This document shows positions 8,909 to 17,271 of a stretch of 19,462 bases of DNA, piece by piece. Below the pieces are notes generated by a model. The model made no database searches. It was not told where the DNA came from and saw only the letters and a program-made list of their open reading frames with translations. Both the position numbers and the translations under genes were made by a program. Position 1 is the stretch's first letter. The number at the start of each line of letters is the position of its first letter. Source of the stretch: Marine Group I thaumarchaeote (GTDB taxonomy: Archaea; Thermoproteota; Nitrososphaeria; Nitrososphaerales; Nitrosopumilaceae); assembly GCA_044358425.1 (NCBI GenBank), contig CP054849.1, forward strand, positions 372,683-392,144, in the 5' to 3' direction.

Positions 8909-9727
8909 ATGAAAAAAATTGGTTTATTGGGATGTGGTGTTATGGGTACTCAAATTGCACTAGCTATTGATTCTGGTAAAATCCCTGGAATTTTAACACA
9001 TGTTTATGATGATTCTAAAGAAGCATCCTCTTTACTTGTTTCAAAATTAAATAATAAACCTGAAATTGTTGAAAACTCTCATTTACTTTCATCACATTCT
9101 GTTAATATTGTAGTTGAAGCAGCTTCTCAAAATGCGGTAAGAGATGATGGATTAAGCATTTTACAAAATAAACGTGATTTTATGATTATGAGTGTGGGTG
9201 CATTACTGGATGAATCTATTTATGATATTTTGTATGATGCATGTGAACATTTCAAAAAAACAATTTATCTTCCATCTGGAGCAATTGCAGGATTGGATGG
9301 TTTAAAATCCATTAAAGATGAATTAGAATCTGTATCTATTACAACAACAAAACATCCTCGTTCATTAAAGGGAGCACAATTTTTTGAAACTTCTGAAATT
9401 AATTTAGATTCTATAGATTCTTCAACTATTATTTTTGAAGGAACTGCACGTGATGCGGTTTCATTATTTCCTGCAAACATCAATGTAGCAGCACTTGTCT
9501 CTTTATCTGGAATTGGTAGTGATAAGACATCTGTCAAAATTGTTGCTGATCCTGATACTGATAGGAATACTCATCATATTGAGGCAGTAGGTAAATCTGG
9601 TAAAATGACTTTTACTATTGAAAATACTCCTGACCCACAAAATCCAAAAACTAGTAGACTAGCTATTTTATCTGCTATCGAAACTTTGAGACAATATTGT
9701 TCTGATGATATTCAAATTGGAACATAA
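8909..9727 (+). CDS. nadX: L-aspartate dehydrogenase
   Basis: Rossmann motif GLLGCGVMG, EAASQ, SVGAL, PSGAIAGLD, FPANINVAA, NPKTS; lies upstream of nadA. Confidence 0.93.
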   Translation: MKKIGLLGCGVMGTQIALAIDSGKIPGILTHVYDDSKEASSLLVSKLNNKPEIVENSHLLSSHSVNIVVEAASQNAVRDDGLSILQNKRDFMIMSVGALLDESIYDILYDACEHFKKTIYLPSGAIAGLDGLKSIKDELESVSITTTKHPRSLKGAQFFETSEINLDSIDSSTIIFEGTARDAVSLFPANINVAALVSLSGIGSDKTSVKIVADPDTDRNTHHIEAVGKSGKMTFTIENTPDPQNPKTSRLAILSAIETLRQYCSDDIQIGT

Positions 9728-9729
9728 AT

Positions 9730-9748
9730 GGCAAAACTTGCCGCTTTT
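9730..9748 (+). terminator. Short hairpin plus T-tract after the nadX stop (candidate terminator)
   Basis: GGCAA-AAC-TTGCC (9730-9742) followed by GCTTTT. Confidence 0.3.
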
Positions 9749-9785
9749 AGAGATTCTATAGATCATTATAGACTACTTCCTATTC

Positions 9786-9792
9786 TTTAAAT
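9786..9792 (+). promoter_or_regulatory. Candidate archaeal TATA box for nadA
   Basis: TTTAAAT about 28-34 nt upstream of ATG 9820, consistent with a leaderless or short-leader transcript. Confidence 0.45.
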
Positions 9793-9819
9793 TTACACAC
9801 ATTCAATTTTTTGTAAATC

Positions 9820-10776
9820 ATGCAAGTTCAAGATACTTCATTTTTAAAAAATGAAATCATGAGATTAAAAAAAGAAAAAGACGTTGTGATTTTGGCTCAT
9901 AATTATGAAATTCCTGATGTACAGGATGTGGCAGATTTTACTGGTGATTCTCTTGGATTGTCTCGATTGGCTGCTACTGTTCCTCAAAAAACAATACTGT
10001 TTTGTGGTGTTCATTTTATGGCAGAAACTGCTTCAATTATTAGTCCTGAAAAAAGAGTACTTTTGCCTTCATTAGAAGCTGGTTGTTCGTTATCAGATTC
10101 AATTACAGTTGAAGAATTAAGAAATTGGAAAAAACAACATCCAAATGCAATTTCTGTTGGATATGTTAACACTACTGCTGAAATAAAATCTGAACTTGAT
10201 TATTGTTGTACTTCATCAAATGCTGTAAATGTTGTAAAAGCAATTCCTGAAGATAAAGAAATTTTGTTTTTACCTGATATGTTTCTAGGTTCTTATGTTG
10301 CAAAAATGACTGGTAGAAAAAATATGCACATTTGGGCAGGTGAATGTCATGTGCATGCTGGAATAACTCCTGAGGATGTTACTAAAAAATTACAATCTAT
10401 GAAAGATGCAGAATTTGTTATTCATCCTGAATGTAGTTGTACAACACCAATGATGTATGATGTTGCTGATGGAAGTTATGATGATAACAAAGTTTCAATT
10501 CTTTCTACTGAGGGAATGCTAAATCATGTTAGTAAATCTAAATCAAAGAATTTTGTTGTTGCAACTGAAACAGGAATTCTGTATAGAATGAAAAAAGAAA
10601 ATCCTGAGAAAACATTCATTCCAGCTTCAGAAAAGGCTGAATGTGAATATATGAAAATGATTACTCTTGAAAAAGTGTATGATGCCTTGATCAATGAGCG
10701 AAATGTGATTACTGTTCCAAAAAAAATTGCTGATAAAGCTCGTTTAGCCATTGATAGAATGCTTGAAATTAGTTAA
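9820..10776 (+). CDS. nadA: Quinolinate synthase A ([4Fe-4S])
   Basis: ILAHNY, GDSLGLS, FCGVHFMAET, YVNT, HPEC, TETG; three cluster cysteines in AGCS, GECHVH and ECEYMK. Confidence 0.97.
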   Translation: MQVQDTSFLKNEIMRLKKEKDVVILAHNYEIPDVQDVADFTGDSLGLSRLAATVPQKTILFCGVHFMAETASIISPEKRVLLPSLEAGCSLSDSITVEELRNWKKQHPNAISVGYVNTTAEIKSELDYCCTSSNAVNVVKAIPEDKEILFLPDMFLGSYVAKMTGRKNMHIWAGECHVHAGITPEDVTKKLQSMKDAEFVIHPECSCTTPMMYDVADGSYDDNKVSILSTEGMLNHVSKSKSKNFVVATETGILYRMKKENPEKTFIPASEKAECEYMKMITLEKVYDALINERNVITVPKKIADKARLAIDRMLEIS

Positions 10777-10779
10777 CAT

Positions 10780-11181
10780 GTGATTATTTTGGTTGGATTA
10801 TTTAGTAAAACACCTGAAGATATTGCATTCAAAAATAATATTGATCAATTTAAGAAATTCAAAAAACTTGTTAAAAAGAAAAAATATCCTGAAGCCTTGA
10901 AATTAGGTTTAGATTATTTGGAAAAAGTACCTTACAATCATGATGCACTATTTACTATTGGAGGTATCTATTACCTGAAAAATAAATATCGTACTGCAAT
11001 ATCTTATTTTGATAGGGCTCTGGAGACTGGAGACACTGATGTTGAGGTTCTGTTGTTAAAGGCATACACACATCAAAAATTACAAGAAACTGAAATTTCA
11101 ATTGATTGTTGTAAAAAAATTCAAAGCATAGATCCAAAAAATAAATCTATGATTAATTTATTATCGGAACTAAAGTCCTAG
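10780..11181 (+). CDS. Tetratricopeptide repeat protein
   Basis: TPR-like helices (DALFTIGGIYYLKNKYRTAISYFDRALE; EVLLLKAYTHQKL...SIDCCKKIQSIDPKN). The start codon is uncertain. Confidence 0.8.
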   Translation: MIILVGLFSKTPEDIAFKNNIDQFKKFKKLVKKKKYPEALKLGLDYLEKVPYNHDALFTIGGIYYLKNKYRTAISYFDRALETGDTDVEVLLLKAYTHQKLQETEISIDCCKKIQSIDPKNKSMINLLSELKS

Positions 11182-11993
11182 ATTTCTAAACTAAAGTCAA
11201 TTCCTTTAACTGAATTTGTTATACTTCCAATTGAGATGATATCCACATTTGTCTTACCATATTTTGAAATATTTTTAGAATTAATTCCGCCCGATGCTTC
11301 TAACAATACTTTATTTCGTAATTTTTTATTTTTTAATGCTTTGATTGTTCTGGTAATTTGACTTGGAGAGAAGTTATCTAACATGATGATAGTTGCTCCT
11401 TTTTCTGCAGCAAGAACTGCGTCATCTGTATTTTCAACTTCTACTTCGAATTTATTATATTTTTTCTTAGTTTTGTTGATTAATGATGATAATGACTGTT
11501 CTACTGCTATGTGATTATCTTTAATCATTACCATTTCATCCAATCTTAATCTGTGTCTTTCTCCTCCTCCTATCTTTACAGCTTCTTTATCGAAATATCT
11601 TAAGCCTGGTGCTGTTTTTCTAGTTGCATACAATTTTGTTCTTTTTGGAATTTTCTTTACAAGTTCATTTGTCTGTGTTGCAATTCCACTCATTCTTGTT
11701 AGTATGTTTAGTGCAGTCCTTTCACATGTCAAGATTTTATCTGCATTTCCTGTAATTTCTATTACGTCTTGATTGGGTTTTATTTTTGTTCCATCTTTTG
11801 TTATGATTTTTGCTTTGCATCCTTTAATTGCAAAAATTTCTTTTGCATATTTTGTGCCTGCTATAATGGCATTTTCTCTTGAAATTATTTTTACTGTGAT
11901 TTTCTTTTTTGATAATAATTGACTGGTTATGTCCCCTTTACCTATGTCTTCTGCAAGAAATTGTGATAATTGTTTTTTAGGATTAAATGACAA
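11178..11993 (-). CDS. nadC: Nicotinate-nucleotide pyrophosphorylase (quinolinate phosphoribosyltransferase)
   Basis: EDIGKGDIT, ERTALN, SGIAT, TRKTAPG, HRLRLD, IKDNH, EVEVE, MLDN, EASGGI, DFSL. Confidence 0.97.
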   Translation of the reverse strand: MSFNPKKQLSQFLAEDIGKGDITSQLLSKKKITVKIISRENAIIAGTKYAKEIFAIKGCKAKIITKDGTKIKPNQDVIEITGNADKILTCERTALNILTRMSGIATQTNELVKKIPKRTKLYATRKTAPGLRYFDKEAVKIGGGERHRLRLDEMVMIKDNHIAVEQSLSSLINKTKKKYNKFEVEVENTDDAVLAAEKGATIIMLDNFSPSQITRTIKALKNKKLRNKVLLEASGGINSKNISKYGKTNVDIISIGSITNSVKGIDFSLEI

Positions 11994-12015
11994 TATTATG
12001 ATTAATGTTATTATG

Positions 12016-12023
12016 ATTTTAAA
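12016..12023 (-). promoter_or_regulatory. Candidate TATA box for nadC
   Basis: TTTAAAAT on the minus strand, 22 nt upstream of the TTG start at 11993. Confidence 0.4.
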
Positions 12024-12037
12024 GATTTAGAATTTTT

Positions 12038-12226
12038 TTATGTAACTTTAATTGCATACTTGCCTTTTTGTGTTATTGCTAGTGTTTTAGAAATCTCTGA
12101 ATTAGTTGGATCAACTACAAGTACAACTCCGTTCCAATCTGGTGTTAAGTCTGATGATTTACAACCTGGACAAACTTTTTCTGTTGTAACACGTTTACAT
12201 TTTCTGCATGCCATTTCTCGTGCCAT
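12038..12226 (-). CDS. spt4: Transcription elongation factor Spt4 (RpoE'')
   Basis: ACRKC...CPGC zinc ribbon, W-x-G-VVLVVDP-x-x-SEI, GKYAIKV; directly downstream of rpoE'. Confidence 0.95.
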   Translation of the reverse strand: MAREMACRKCKRVTTEKVCPGCKSSDLTPDWNGVVLVVDPTNSEISKTLAITQKGKYAIKVT

Positions 12227-12227
12227 T

Positions 12228-12821
12228 TTAACTAGCCTCTACTTTTTCTTCTTTTGCAGGTTCACTTGAACCTCCGGCTTTTTTAATTTCTTCTTCAATC
12301 CATTCATCTGCACCTAAGAATGGTTGTCTACAAGTAATACCAATTTTACCCATTGCAGCAGCTTTACCTAGTGAAACAGCTGTAATTCTTGCACGCAATG
12401 TTGAACCAACTTTTAATGTTCTTCCACTTTGATTTGCTAAAATTAATCCCATCTTGACATCACTCTTTAGATAATCATCCATAACTTGTGATAAGTGTAG
12501 TAATGCATCTGTTGGGCCAATTCTTACAAATGCTCCAAAGTCTGTAATGTCTACAATTTCACCTTGAACAATTTCTTGTAATTTTGGATAAAATGTTAAA
12601 GCTTCAAATTCTACTTTGTGGAATGTTCCTCCATCCCCTGCAATCATTTTTCCCATTTCGTCTACTTTAGCATCTAAAATCATAATGATGTAGCCCAATT
12701 CTGCATTAATCATACTCTCGTATTTTTCTTTGAGGATGTTGACTGCTGCCTTTTTGAGTGTAGTTCCAAATAAGCTTGGAGGTATCCTAACGACATCAAC
12801 TAGGGTAGATATAGAAAACAA
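12228..12821 (-). CDS. rpo7: DNA-directed RNA polymerase subunit Rpo7 (E')
   Basis: VVRIPPSLFG, GDGGTFH, S1 domain FGAFVRIGPTDALLHLSQV, IGITCRQPFLG. The likely start is TTG at 12821 (MFSISTL...) rather than 12845. Confidence 0.95.
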   Translation of the reverse strand: MFSISTLVDVVRIPPSLFGTTLKKAAVNILKEKYESMINAELGYIIMILDAKVDEMGKMIAGDGGTFHKVEFEALTFYPKLQEIVQGEIVDITDFGAFVRIGPTDALLHLSQVMDDYLKSDVKMGLILANQSGRTLKVGSTLRARITAVSLGKAAAMGKIGITCRQPFLGADEWIEEEIKKAGGSSEPAKEEKVEAS

Positions 12822-12934
12822 CTGTAATTTTTTCTTGAATTTCAATTTATGAATCTTTGGGTGATTTGACTTGAATTTCTAAAGATTTTGATGATTTTTG
12901 AAAAAAATCACAATTTTTTCCATGTCCAACTTAC

Positions 12935-12942
12935 TTTAAATA
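12935..12942 (+). promoter_or_regulatory. Candidate TATA box for mrp/apbC
   Basis: TTTAAATA ending 24 nt before ATG 12966. Confidence 0.5.
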
Positions 12943-12965
12943 TCGTATTTTGATTTTTTTATCCA

Positions 12966-14090
12966 ATGGTTGCCATAGATCAAGTTCTTGAAAAATTAAG
13001 TACTGTTATTGATCCTGATTTGAAAAAAGATATTGTTTCTATGGGAATGATTAAAGATTTAGAACTTAATGATGGAAATCTCAAATTTACTTTAGAACTT
13101 ACTACTCCTGCATGTCCTTTCAATGTAGAAATTGAAGATGATGTGAGAAAAGTAATTGCTGAATTATCTGACTTGAAAGCTTTTGATTTGAATGTAACTG
13201 CCAAAGTAATGGAGGGTCGTTCACTTGAAGCAGACACCCAAATGGCAACTGTCAAGAATATTATCGGTGTTGCCAGCGGTAAAGGTGGTGTAGGCAAATC
13301 TACTGTATCATTAAACTTGGCTCTTGCATTATCTCAAACTGGAGCAAAAGTTGGATTACTTGATGCCGATATCTATGGACCTAGTATTCCGTTAATGTTG
13401 GGAATGGAAGATGGTTCAATGGAAGTTGAAGATAATAAACTTCAACCTGCAGATGTTAATGGATTAAAAGTAGTATCTTTTGGTTTTTTTGCAGATCAAT
13501 CTAAACAAGCTGCAATATATCGTGGCCCTATTATTTCTGGAATTTTAAAACAATTTTTGGTTGACACTAATTGGTCCGAATTAGATTATCTAATTGTTGA
13601 TCTTCCACCTGGAACTGGTGACATTCCATTAACTCTTGCACAAACAATTCCAATTACTGGAATTCTTGTTATCACTACTCCTCAGGATGTTGCAAGTAAT
13701 GTTGCAGTAAAAGCAGTTTCAATGTTTGAAAAACTTAATGTTCCTATTATCGGAGTAATTGAAAATATGAGTCATTTTGTTTGTCCAAAATGTGATGATA
13801 AACATTACATCTTTGGAAATGGTGGAGCTAAAAAAATTAGTGAACAATTCAAAATTCCATTTTTGGGTGAAATCCCATTAAATTATGGAATTATGTCTGG
13901 TTCTGATTCTGGAAAGCCAATCGTGAGCACAAATACTGATTCACCAAGTGCTGAAGCATTTCGTGCTAGTGCAAAAAATGTTGCTGCACAATGTAGTATT
14001 ATTGCATCTAATTTACAAGAAGAAATGGAATCTGAATCTGGTGACTCTGAATCATCTAATGAAGATTCTACAAATAACGGCACTTCTTAA
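12966..14090 (+). CDS. apbC: Mrp/NBP35 (ApbC) Fe-S cluster carrier ATPase with N-terminal MIP18/DUF59 domain
   Basis: N-terminal VIDPDL...TTPACP (DUF59), deviant Walker A GKGGVGKS, DADIYGPS, RGP, DLPPGTGD, ENMS-x2-VCPKC; acidic Ser/Glu tail. Confidence 0.93.
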   Translation: MVAIDQVLEKLSTVIDPDLKKDIVSMGMIKDLELNDGNLKFTLELTTPACPFNVEIEDDVRKVIAELSDLKAFDLNVTAKVMEGRSLEADTQMATVKNIIGVASGKGGVGKSTVSLNLALALSQTGAKVGLLDADIYGPSIPLMLGMEDGSMEVEDNKLQPADVNGLKVVSFGFFADQSKQAAIYRGPIISGILKQFLVDTNWSELDYLIVDLPPGTGDIPLTLAQTIPITGILVITTPQDVASNVAVKAVSMFEKLNVPIIGVIENMSHFVCPKCDDKHYIFGNGGAKKISEQFKIPFLGEIPLNYGIMSGSDSGKPIVSTNTDSPSAEAFRASAKNVAAQCSIIASNLQEEMESESGDSESSNEDSTNNGTS

Positions 14091-14101
14091 TTGAGATTCC
14101 T

Positions 14102-14596
14102 GTGAAATTACCTGATTCTATTAGAGACCAATTCAAAACCCCTTTAGGTATTTTATTGCCAATTGGAGAGGATAATAAAGAAGATATTCAAAAATATCTC
14201 TCAAAAAATTCCTATATCGTAACCGTTGGAGATCAAACTACTGAAAAAATGATTAATTTTGGATTAACTCCTTCTTTGCAAATTATTGATGGTTTTGAAA
14301 AAAGACAAAAACGTGATTTGCCAAAACTTGGAAATGCCACTGAATTGAAAATTGACAATCCTGCATCTGAAATTACTTTAGAAAGTATTGGCTTGATCAA
14401 AAAAGCATTTACTATGACTTCTCCTGTCCGAATAACTGTATTTGGTGAAGAAGATTTGTTAGTACTTCCTGTTTGTATTCATGCTCCTGACAATTCAGTT
14501 GTCTTATATGGCCAGCCAAATGAGGGGCTTGTTTTAGTTGAAATTACTACAGAAATTAGAAATAAAGCACAAACATTACTTGATCTAATGAACTAA
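14102..14596 (+). CDS. GTP-dependent dephospho-CoA kinase (DUF359 family)
   Basis: KxPLG, VTVGD, IIDG, NPAS-x-IT, GEEDLLVLP, YGQPNEG. Confidence 0.88.
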   Translation: MKLPDSIRDQFKTPLGILLPIGEDNKEDIQKYLSKNSYIVTVGDQTTEKMINFGLTPSLQIIDGFEKRQKRDLPKLGNATELKIDNPASEITLESIGLIKKAFTMTSPVRITVFGEEDLLVLPVCIHAPDNSVVLYGQPNEGLVLVEITTEIRNKAQTLLDLMN

Positions 14597-14597
14597 T

Positions 14598-14656
14598 GGG
14601 GTGTGATGAGACGGTGGCTGTATGATTCGTGATTACCCCACATAACCTCTGACCCT
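14598..14656 (+). ncRNA. Archaeal C/D box methylation-guide sRNA
   Basis: Box C GTGATGA (14603-14609); 12-nt guide; D' ATGA (14622-14625); C' GTGATTA (14629-14635); 13-nt guide; box D CTGA (14649-14652); terminal GGG/CCC stem. About 59 nt, locally GC-rich, starting right after a stop codon. Confidence 0.85.
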
Positions 14657-14680
14657 ATTTATTCATAATTTTACGAAATC

Positions 14681-14770
14681 AAAATCAACCAATCGTCTTA
14701 CAGAAATTTGTAAGTTTTTGTTAATGGTTGTTTTTAAGAGTTAACGAAAAGTTGACTCTTTGCTTACAAG
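14681..14770 (+). other. Structured intergenic element (nested and tandem hairpins); terminator, 5' UTR or ncRNA
   Basis: CAACCA/TGGTTG (14686-14691/14725-14730) encloses CTTACAG/TTGTAAG (14697-14703/14708-14714). Then a 10-bp hairpin AAGAGTTAAC-GAAAA-GTTGACTCTT (14736-14760). Both hairpins contain G-U pairs on the + strand. Confidence 0.4.
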
Positions 14771-14813
14771 AATTGACATTTCAAGATAAAGATAGATTGC
14801 TTTACAACAAACT

Positions 14814-15191
14814 ATGAAAATAGATGATGATCTAAAGTTACAAATTTTAGAAAAAGTTGGAATATACTCCCAAAGGTTTTCCATTCCTGAACCTGTGATT
14901 TTGTTAACTACAAAAGAAGTTCTTGATGCTCCCAGAGAAATGACTGAAGGTAGACGAACATCTGCTTACAAATACTATGGTGTTTCTTATTTACAACATA
15001 ATTTGGTTTTTCTTAATGTTAGAAAAATTCCTGATGAAAAAACACTTGAAAACACACTTGTTCATGAATTAATTCATATGCGATTTCCTTATCTTGCACA
15101 TGGAAAAAGATTCAATAAATTAGTTAGACAAGGATTAAAAGGAAAAACCTTCTCTCCTTATAAAAAAAGAAGTAAAATTCCTTCTTTTTGA
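14814..15191 (+). CDS. Small zincin-like metallohydrolase (SprT/YgjP-like HExxH protein)
   Basis: TLVHELIHMRFPYLAHGKRF = HExxH-x7-H; basic and soluble. Confidence 0.75.
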   Translation: MKIDDDLKLQILEKVGIYSQRFSIPEPVILLTTKEVLDAPREMTEGRRTSAYKYYGVSYLQHNLVFLNVRKIPDEKTLENTLVHELIHMRFPYLAHGKRFNKLVRQGLKGKTFSPYKKRSKIPSF

Positions 15192-15226
15192 TTAATACTT
15201 TTAAGATTGAACTAACTCAATATACT

Positions 15227-17266
15227 GTGGATATTTCTGAGGTTCTGCCTTTCATAGCTGGAATTGCATCTTTTCTTGTAGCTGGTGGTTTAGTTGCTTG
15301 GATTACCAAACAACCTTCTGGTAGCAAAGAAATGATGGATATCTCAAATGCTGTAAAAGAAGGAGCTTCTGCATTTTTAAGACGTGAAATGAAAATTATT
15401 GTTCCTGTCGCAATTGCACTTTCAGTCATTATTGGTGCCTTTTTACAACCCTCAAATGGAATAGCATTTGCAGTTGGTGCAGCATTATCTGCAGTTGCAG
15501 GAATTATTTCATTAAAAATTACAGTAAAAGCAGCAGTAAGAGCTGCAAATCTAAGTAGTGAAGGTCTTGGAAAAACATTTGCTATGGCGTTTCGGGGTGG
15601 AGCCACCGTTGGATTAGCAGTACCTGCAATGGCTCTTTTGGCAATTACTGGTTTGTATTTAATTTACCCTGATCCAATTACAATTGCAGGAGTGGGAATT
15701 GGTGCAAGTCTAATTGCATTATTCATCAGGATCGGTGGCGGTATTTTTACAAAGGCTGCTGATATGGGTGCTGATTTAGTTGGTAAAGTTGAAGCAAATA
15801 TTCCTGAAGATGATCCTAGAAATCCTGCTACTATTGCAGATAATGTTGGCGATAATGTTGGTGATGCCGCAGGAATGGGATCTGATGTTTATGAATCTTA
15901 TATTGTTACAATTCTTGCAGCATTGTTAATTGCTGCATTAATTGGTGCACCAAATTATTTCTTATATCCGATTCTAATTGGTTCTTCTGGAATGATTGCA
16001 TCTATAATTGGTGTTGTAATTGTTGGTTCAAAGGGTGTAACTGATGTTATGAAACCTCTTAATCGTTCATTTTATGTTTCAGCTGCAATTGCAATTGGAT
16101 TAAACTATGTCTTTATTACACAATTTATTGAGCAATCCGATGCAGCATATGCTTTGTTTGGAACTACTGTAATTGGTGTGATATTAGTTCCAGTAATTCA
16201 AAAAATCACTGATAATTATACTAGTTACAAAAAAGGCCCAGTTAAAGAAATTGCAGATTCTGCAAAATGGGGTTATGCATCATTGACTTTAATGGGAATA
16301 ATCAAAGGAATGCAATCAACTGGACCATTCATGATTGCACTAGTTGTTGCAATTATAATCTCGTACTCTATTGCTTCTTCTGCAGCTCCTGAAGGTGCAG
16401 ATCCAGTACTTTATGGAATTTTTGGAACTTCTTTGACTGCAATGGCAATGTTGAGTCTTGCTGGAATAGTTCTAAGTATTGATGCATTTGGTCCAATTGC
16501 TGATAATGCAGGAGGAATTGTTGAAATGACTGGAATGGGCGAAGAAAATCGAAAAGTAACTGATGAAATTGATGCTGTTGGAAATACAACTAAAGCTGTT
16601 ACTAAGGGATTTGCGATAGCTAGTGCTGCCCTGGCTGCATTAGCTATGATTCAAGCTTTTCAATTTGAAGCAGCCCATATTTTTGAAGGTGTTTTGGAAT
16701 TAAATTATAGTTTAACAAATCCTGCAATAATTGTTGGATTGTTAGTTGGTGGTCTAATTCCATTTATTATAACTGGTCAATTAATCAATGGTGTTTCTAG
16801 AGCTGCAGGTAAAATGGTGGATGAAGTTAGAAGACAATTCAAAGCTGATCCTGGTATTCTTGCAGGAACTTCAAAACCTGATTATGCAAAATGTGTTGAT
16901 ATTGCAACTGTTGCTTCGATTAGAGAATTATGGAAACCTGCAATTGTTGCAATTATTTCGCCTATAATTTTGGGAATTTTACTGGGCCCTACTGCAGTTG
17001 CTGGTTTGTTAATGGGTGCAGTTGTAACTGGAATTTTACTAGCATATCATTTAGCAAATACTGGTGGTGCATGGGATAATGCAAAGAAATTGGTTGAAAT
17101 GAAAGGTGAGAAAGGTTCTGAAGTCCATAAAGTTGCAGTGGTCGGTGATATTATTGGTGATCCTTACAAAGATACTGCAGGACCTGCACTAAATACTGTA
17201 ATTAAATTACTAAATACTATAGCAATTGTATTTGTATCTGCATTTGTCGCAATTCTTTCAATTTAA
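15227..17266 (+). CDS. hppA: Membrane-bound H+-translocating pyrophosphatase, K+-independent type
   Basis: GGGIFTKAADMGADLVGKVE, EDDPRNPATIADNVGDNVGD, DAFGPIADNAGG, GNTTKA, GGAWDNAKK, GDPYKDTAGP; many TM helices. The likely start is GTG 15227, preceded by TATA-like TTTTAAGA at 15199-15206. Confidence 0.95.
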   Translation: MDISEVLPFIAGIASFLVAGGLVAWITKQPSGSKEMMDISNAVKEGASAFLRREMKIIVPVAIALSVIIGAFLQPSNGIAFAVGAALSAVAGIISLKITVKAAVRAANLSSEGLGKTFAMAFRGGATVGLAVPAMALLAITGLYLIYPDPITIAGVGIGASLIALFIRIGGGIFTKAADMGADLVGKVEANIPEDDPRNPATIADNVGDNVGDAAGMGSDVYESYIVTILAALLIAALIGAPNYFLYPILIGSSGMIASIIGVVIVGSKGVTDVMKPLNRSFYVSAAIAIGLNYVFITQFIEQSDAAYALFGTTVIGVILVPVIQKITDNYTSYKKGPVKEIADSAKWGYASLTLMGIIKGMQSTGPFMIALVVAIIISYSIASSAAPEGADPVLYGIFGTSLTAMAMLSLAGIVLSIDAFGPIADNAGGIVEMTGMGEENRKVTDEIDAVGNTTKAVTKGFAIASAALAALAMIQAFQFEAAHIFEGVLELNYSLTNPAIIVGLLVGGLIPFIITGQLINGVSRAAGKMVDEVRRQFKADPGILAGTSKPDYAKCVDIATVASIRELWKPAIVAIISPIILGILLGPTAVAGLLMGAVVTGILLAYHLANTGGAWDNAKKLVEMKGEKGSEVHKVAVVGDIIGDPYKDTAGPALNTVIKLLNTIAIVFVSAFVAILSI

Positions 17267-17271
17267 AAATT

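Noticed and set aside
11994-12018. 10-bp direct repeat TATTATGATT x2 upstream of nadC
   Set aside because: Almost pure A/T and only two copies; not distinguishable from chance without comparative data.
12822-12845. N-terminal extension MKFKKKLQ on Rpo7 (similarly MINTFKIELTQYT on HppA, 15188-15226)
   Set aside because: Longest-ORF artefacts. Downstream TTG/GTG starts fit the expected protein beginnings better.
8597-16589. ORFs at 8597-8881, 9265-9537, 10524-10751, 10955-11137, 12060-12269, 12980-13297, 13883-14083, 15217-15606 and 16368-16589
   Set aside because: All lie antisense to well-supported genes and show no recognisable motifs.
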